Source of the DNA: Anaerovoracaceae bacterium
GTDB taxonomy: Bacteria; Bacillota; Clostridia; Peptostreptococcales; Anaerovoracaceae
Assembly: GCA_031553975.1 (NCBI GenBank)
Contig: JAVBKP010000049.1
Coordinates: 1 to 49,829 of the forward strand
DNA length: 49,829 nt
Direction: 5' to 3'
Below are positions 45,788-49,829 of this stretch, piece after piece. Position 1 is the stretch's first letter; each line of letters opens with the position of its first letter. The notes beneath the pieces are model-generated. The model saw only the letters and a list, made by a program, of their open reading frames with translations, made no database searches and was not told the origin of the DNA. The translations under genes and the position numbers were made by a program.

Positions 45788-47891
45788 TGATATTATATTA
45801 AAAAACTTGAAATACAATCTCAAGCGATTTGTTTCCCATTTTTTTGTGAATAGCTTTGTGGTGGCTGTATTGTTTATGTATGGAAGCCTTCTTTTCAACG
45901 ACATATTAAATGAAGATCCTGCTATACAATCCTCTCAATCCTTGATTGTCATGGCCGCGGTGGGCATCTTAATCTTTAGCGTGGTTTTTTTGACCTATAC
46001 AGGTATTTACTTTGTCAAATCCAGGGGCAGGGAATTTGGCGTTTATCTCACACTAGGTATGACCACCCGAGATTTGTCAAGAATGGTTGTATTTGAAAGT
46101 TTTGTGGTTTCTATTTCATCAGCTTTGCTTGGTCTGTTGTCAGGATTGTTGTTTTCAAAACTGTTTTATCTAGCCTTAGAGAAGATACTAAATCTTTCTA
46201 ATGATATATACTTTTTGAATTACAAAACATTTTTGCTAAGTCTTGGTGTTTTTTTGGTGATCTTACTGTTCAACATGGCTTTCATCGGGCGCTTTATCCG
46301 CAAGATGTCCATTGTGGAAATCACAAAGTCTTCAAGGACAAAAGGCGTTTCAAAACAGCGTCCCATTGTAGGTATTGTCGCCTTTATGGTCCTTGCTATC
46401 TCCCTCTGGTTTTTTAATGCAATCGTCAAGGGTGATGAGCTAGTTATTGATTTTGTACGGGATCACGCAATACTAGCCCCTTGTATGGCCTTTACGGGTA
46501 TTATGTCTTCCATGTTTTTCGTGATTGGCTCTGGTATTTCTGGCATTCGGGAAGTTTTAAAAAAATTCCCAGCTGTCTATAACAAGCATATTTTATTGCT
46601 ATCAGGTTTGTCACACCGCTTTTTGTCCTACAGGATTTCGCTATACAGCGTATCATTGCTGATTACGTTGGCCGTTTTTTTCATTGGCATCGGTATGTCT
46701 TTTTACAATTATACGGATATGACCATTGATGATTTTCAGCCCTATGATTTTATGATTGAGAATCGAGGCAATGCCAATGCCATGTCTGCACAGGAGTTAA
46801 CAGAACTTGTTGCCAAAAATGGTGGTGAAATAGATAGGATTAGCGCACTGCCATATCTTGATGGTCAAATATATAGAGATCTCCATGATCGGGAGAATTT
46901 ATTTGTTAACTACCGCAGCACTGGATATATCATCAAAGAGTCTGATTACAATCGTCATATGAGTCAGAATATCAGCCTAGCACCAGATGAGTTGCTGCTG
47001 GTACTCAATCAAAAAGGAAATGCGGAAGAGTCCGAAACTTCTAGTTTTGACACCCTACTTGCTATTGAACCTTATGACAAAGCACTAGTTAGAGCAGATG
47101 CGTTTCGTGAAAAGGGCTGGGATAAAAATACTTTTGTCGCATCACTATCTGATATACCTCATCTGGAATACACAGATAATAAAACAAAAAGTATGTTCGG
47201 TACATTTATCAATTCTTATGGCAATCTGGAATTTGCAGGTGCCACTGCCAGCGTAATTGATGATGATGTTTATGATAGTATCAAAGGCAATCAGCAGAAC
47301 CAAGTGTTCCTGTTCAATCTAAAAAGTGGCGATCAAAAGCAAATTTTTGATGCCATCCTAAAGGCACTGATTCAGAGAAATATTGAAAATGGTGTCATGG
47401 ATCCAAGCAATGCCAGTCAAATCTGGGCGGGCTCAGCAGTTGATTTTTATGACAAAGGAGATATATCCCAGCTCAGACCGATCTCTAAAGTAGAGCGATA
47501 TGAAATCTGCTTTAGGGCCAATGGATTTCTGCTGTTTGCACTTGATTTCCTTGGTATCTTGTTCTTGATTTCCTCATTTATCGTACTGTATTACAAACTA
47601 ATCAGTGATAGTGATGAGGACGCCGAACAAGTGAACTTGCTCAAAAAAGTCGGACTCACCGTTGATGAGTGTCGTTCCTACCTGCAAACACATACGGCCA
47701 TCATATTCTTTACCCCTCTTGTTTTGGGTGGTTTGTTGGGGCTATACTTGGTAAACGATTTCGTCTCCTTCACACCTTACAGCGGTATTTTAATGCTCCG
47801 TGTTGCTGCCATGTTTTCTGCTGTTGCTCTGGTTGATATCCTTCTATACTTTTCCCTAAGAAAACGATTTTTTAGGGAGGTGGGTATTTAG
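45777..47891 (+). CDS. FtsX-domain ABC transporter permease (BceB-like, 10 TM with a large extracellular loop)
   Basis: GTG start overlapping the ATPase stop. About 650 aa with 4 TM, a roughly 200-aa extracellular domain, then more TMs. Confidence 0.8.
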   Translation: MTFNDIILKNLKYNLKRFVSHFFVNSFVVAVLFMYGSLLFNDILNEDPAIQSSQSLIVMAAVGILIFSVVFLTYTGIYFVKSRGREFGVYLTLGMTTRDLSRMVVFESFVVSISSALLGLLSGLLFSKLFYLALEKILNLSNDIYFLNYKTFLLSLGVFLVILLFNMAFIGRFIRKMSIVEITKSSRTKGVSKQRPIVGIVAFMVLAISLWFFNAIVKGDELVIDFVRDHAILAPCMAFTGIMSSMFFVIGSGISGIREVLKKFPAVYNKHILLLSGLSHRFLSYRISLYSVSLLITLAVFFIGIGMSFYNYTDMTIDDFQPYDFMIENRGNANAMSAQELTELVAKNGGEIDRISALPYLDGQIYRDLHDRENLFVNYRSTGYIIKESDYNRHMSQNISLAPDELLLVLNQKGNAEESETSSFDTLLAIEPYDKALVRADAFREKGWDKNTFVASLSDIPHLEYTDNKTKSMFGTFINSYGNLEFAGATASVIDDDVYDSIKGNQQNQVFLFNLKSGDQKQIFDAILKALIQRNIENGVMDPSNASQIWAGSAVDFYDKGDISQLRPISKVERYEICFRANGFLLFALDFLGILFLISSFIVLYYKLISDSDEDAEQVNLLKKVGLTVDECRSYLQTHTAIIFFTPLVLGGLLGLYLVNDFVSFTPYSGILMLRVAAMFSAVALVDILLYFSLRKRFFREVGI

Positions 47892-47903
47892 TATATCTGC
47901 CTG

Positions 47904-48407
47904 CTATGTTGTCCGCACGCCTTCTATATGGATAAATCTAAGTTTCTCATAGGTATAAGAAGAAAGCGGTCTATTGTCTGCGTCAAATGTATGGGCGACC
48001 ACCAAAATATTATCTGGGTTTGGATTTGGGCCTATAGATACCACCACGGGGGAATGGGCAAAGTGGCGCCCGTCAAATGAAATCTGCACTATGTCCCCTG
48101 GTCTCGCTTCTCTCATTGGTACATCTTTTGCAAAGGGGCCCACGCCACTGTTTTTCACTAAAAAATTGTATAAAAACTGTACCCCTGACCAAGATGGCGC
48201 CCTATCGGCACCGGAATTGTAATACCACCCAAAGACTGGTTTGTAGTTCATCATATCACTACCTGCAAAAATACATTGGGACGCAAAGTTGGTACAGTCT
48301 CCACCGTAGCTATCAAAGTTTAAATATCTGGGGTTGCGTCCAAACGCCCATTGATGAGCATAGTCTATCGCTTTTTTACGATTGTACTCCCTTATCCTAG
48401 TTGGCAT
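47904..48407 (-). CDS. Putative amidase-domain protein (Amidase_6-like)
   Basis: YAHQWAFGRNPRY...YGGDCTNFASQCIFAG motif of the putative amidase domain family. AGGAGG RBS at Met7 of the track ORF. Confidence 0.6.
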   Translation of the reverse strand: MPTRIREYNRKKAIDYAHQWAFGRNPRYLNFDSYGGDCTNFASQCIFAGSDMMNYKPVFGWYYNSGADRAPSWSGVQFLYNFLVKNSGVGPFAKDVPMREARPGDIVQISFDGRHFAHSPVVVSIGPNPNPDNILVVAHTFDADNRPLSSYTYEKLRFIHIEGVRTT

Positions 48408-48470
48408 ATAAAAACCTCCTTGCAATCCTTATTAACTATAGGATATGCGAGGAGGTTAGAATGTGCCCTT

Positions 48471-49625
48471 CTACTCCGCCACTACCACCTTACTGCCTTC
48501 TTTGGCACCGGTTGGTAGTTCTGTTACGATGGACATATTGGTGTCAATGCCTGTGACAACAGCGTCTTTGCTACTTTTAGCTGTGATTGTCACTGGTTGT
48601 TTTGCCAAGATTCCGTCCTTAATGATCCATACAAAGTCTTTGCTATCTTCTTGGTGGATGAAACCTTGTGGTATAACAATCACGTTGTCTTGCTGGTCTA
48701 TGACCACGGCGGCCCGCACTTCAAATCCAGGTTTTAGCCCATTGCCTGCTGGCATTTCTATCGTGACACCCACACGCCTTTGTGCTATGCCCAAAGCTGA
48801 AATTTTCTCTTCTGCTTTTGGATTTATACTTTTCACTTTGCCTTCCACGCCACCTGCTGGCAATATTGGTGAAGTGATCATGGTTTTTTGTCCTACCTTC
48901 ATAGCCACGGTGTCATCTGCTAGAAAATCTGCTTTGATTGTGAATTTGTCGCCATCGCCTAATGTAGCCAAAAGTTGACCTGGTGCTACTAGCTGTCCTT
49001 GCTCCCAGTCCAAAGACAGTACAACACCAGCCCTTGGGCTTTTTACGATCAGCGCCTTGCTAATATCATTTTGTACACCTAACATGTTGCTGGTGGCAGA
49101 TTTTTGTGCTTGCAGTGATGCCAAGGCAGACTTAGCCGCATTATGCTGCTCTAAAGCAACTGTATAAGCCTGACGCGCTACATCCAGTGTTGCCTGAGGA
49201 ATACCGCCTTCTTTAAATAAGTTTTCGCTTCTATCAAGCTCTTTTTTCGCTACATCCAGTGCCGTCTTCGCCGCTGCTACAGCTGCATTTTGCGCCGTGA
49301 TTTGCCCTTGGATTTGTGATACCTGAACCTCTATCTGAGACGCTTGGCTTTGTGATTGGGGATTTTTCAGTTCCATAATCACCTGCCCAGTTTTCACAGT
49401 ATCTCCCGCCTTGACCTTGACGCTGACCACCTCGCCACCATTTTGTGAATATATCTCGTATTGATTGGCATCAGATACATACGCCACTTCTTCAATGGTC
49501 TTAACAAAGGTGTCTTTCCCTACAGCAACCACGTTGATCTCTAAAGGTTTTAGACTACTCATAACCCCATATCCTACAGGCAAAACCACTATCACAAGCA
49601 CGATTAGCAGTTTTTTTCTTTTCAA
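48471..49625 (-). CDS. HlyD-family efflux periplasmic adaptor (membrane fusion protein)
   Basis: N-terminal TM, coiled-coil (QAQ.../AAVAAAK) and beta-barrel/lipoyl-like segments. TTG start as in the ORF track. No other in-frame start after the upstream stop. Confidence 0.7.
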   Translation of the reverse strand: MKRKKLLIVLVIVVLPVGYGVMSSLKPLEINVVAVGKDTFVKTIEEVAYVSDANQYEIYSQNGGEVVSVKVKAGDTVKTGQVIMELKNPQSQSQASQIEVQVSQIQGQITAQNAAVAAAKTALDVAKKELDRSENLFKEGGIPQATLDVARQAYTVALEQHNAAKSALASLQAQKSATSNMLGVQNDISKALIVKSPRAGVVLSLDWEQGQLVAPGQLLATLGDGDKFTIKADFLADDTVAMKVGQKTMITSPILPAGGVEGKVKSINPKAEEKISALGIAQRRVGVTIEMPAGNGLKPGFEVRAAVVIDQQDNVIVIPQGFIHQEDSKDFVWIIKDGILAKQPVTITAKSSKDAVVTGIDTNMSIVTELPTGAKEGSKVVVAE

Positions 49626-49656
49626 TATTCCTTTCAGTTTTCATTTCCTCCAACAT

Positions 49657-49685
49657 ATTTTAAATCGTTTATTACCTATTGACAA
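49657..49685 (-). promoter_or_regulatory. Possible sigma-A promoter for the HlyD-family gene
   Basis: Minus strand: TTGTCA (49680-85), 17-nt spacer, TAAAAT (49657-62). About 30 nt upstream of the TTG start. Confidence 0.3.
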
Positions 49686-49829
49686 TTTGACTCAAATTTC
49701 ATTGTGCATTCCACGCGTTACTCTCTAACTCTTGTCACTTCCACTAAATCCATTTTTTTCAATCCCCTCGTGGTCATTCTACTGACAAAGAATATTAGAA
49801 GGAAGGCTGGCACTGCCGCATATACATAG

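Noticed and set aside
1-49829. CRISPR arrays, tRNA/rRNA genes, prophage or IS elements
   Set aside because: Scanning the intergenic regions showed no regularly spaced direct repeats, no tRNA-like acceptor/T-arm sequences, and no integrase, transposase or recombinase ORFs.

Overview
Low-GC Firmicutes chromosomal window from a Clostridia-like spore-former (spoIIID with a sigma-E-type promoter, MreB, Cof hydrolase, Udp, AnsA). It is dense in genes, mostly on the minus strand. I found no rRNA, tRNA, CRISPR array, integrase or transposase. The housekeeping and stress genes are: two tandem ArsB/NhaD-type permease paralogs; a YjfB-like mini-gene below the ORF-track size cutoff; a THUMP RNA methyltransferase; a Cof hydrolase; an acyl-ACP thioesterase; MreB; a SatP/YaaH-type transporter; a PerR - reverse rubrerythrin - hemerythrin oxidative-stress operon with a Per-box-like palindrome; udp; NfeD-flotillin; ansA plus a Wzx-like flippase; a DEAD-box helicase; and a BceRS-BceAB-type peptide-antibiotic sensing/detox module with a candidate regulator binding site. 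The stretch most worth a second look is about 13.0-24.3 kb. Two paralogous giant secreted proteins (about 1266 and 1636 aa) carry a dozen or so Big_2 Ig-like repeats. One also has an N-terminal beta-propeller. Both end in a conserved roughly 150-aa C-terminal domain that I cannot place in any known anchoring family. They flank a three-gene cassette: a small C1q/BclA-CTD-like protein, a GT2-TPR glycosyltransferase resembling the S-glycosyltransferase SunS, and a NusG_II/DUF1312 membrane protein. Just upstream is a self-contained small Cys-rich (zinc-ribbon-like) ORF. Other notable items are a CheW domain with an inserted CZB zinc-binding domain, an unusual phosphorelay cluster (hybrid HK-REC-Hpt plus a response regulator with an N-terminal domain of unknown function), a BvgS-like hybrid kinase with tandem solute-binding domains, and a long convergent intergenic region with a candidate sRNA. 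All coordinates and functional calls come from reading the sequence and ORF translations by eye. No database search was run.
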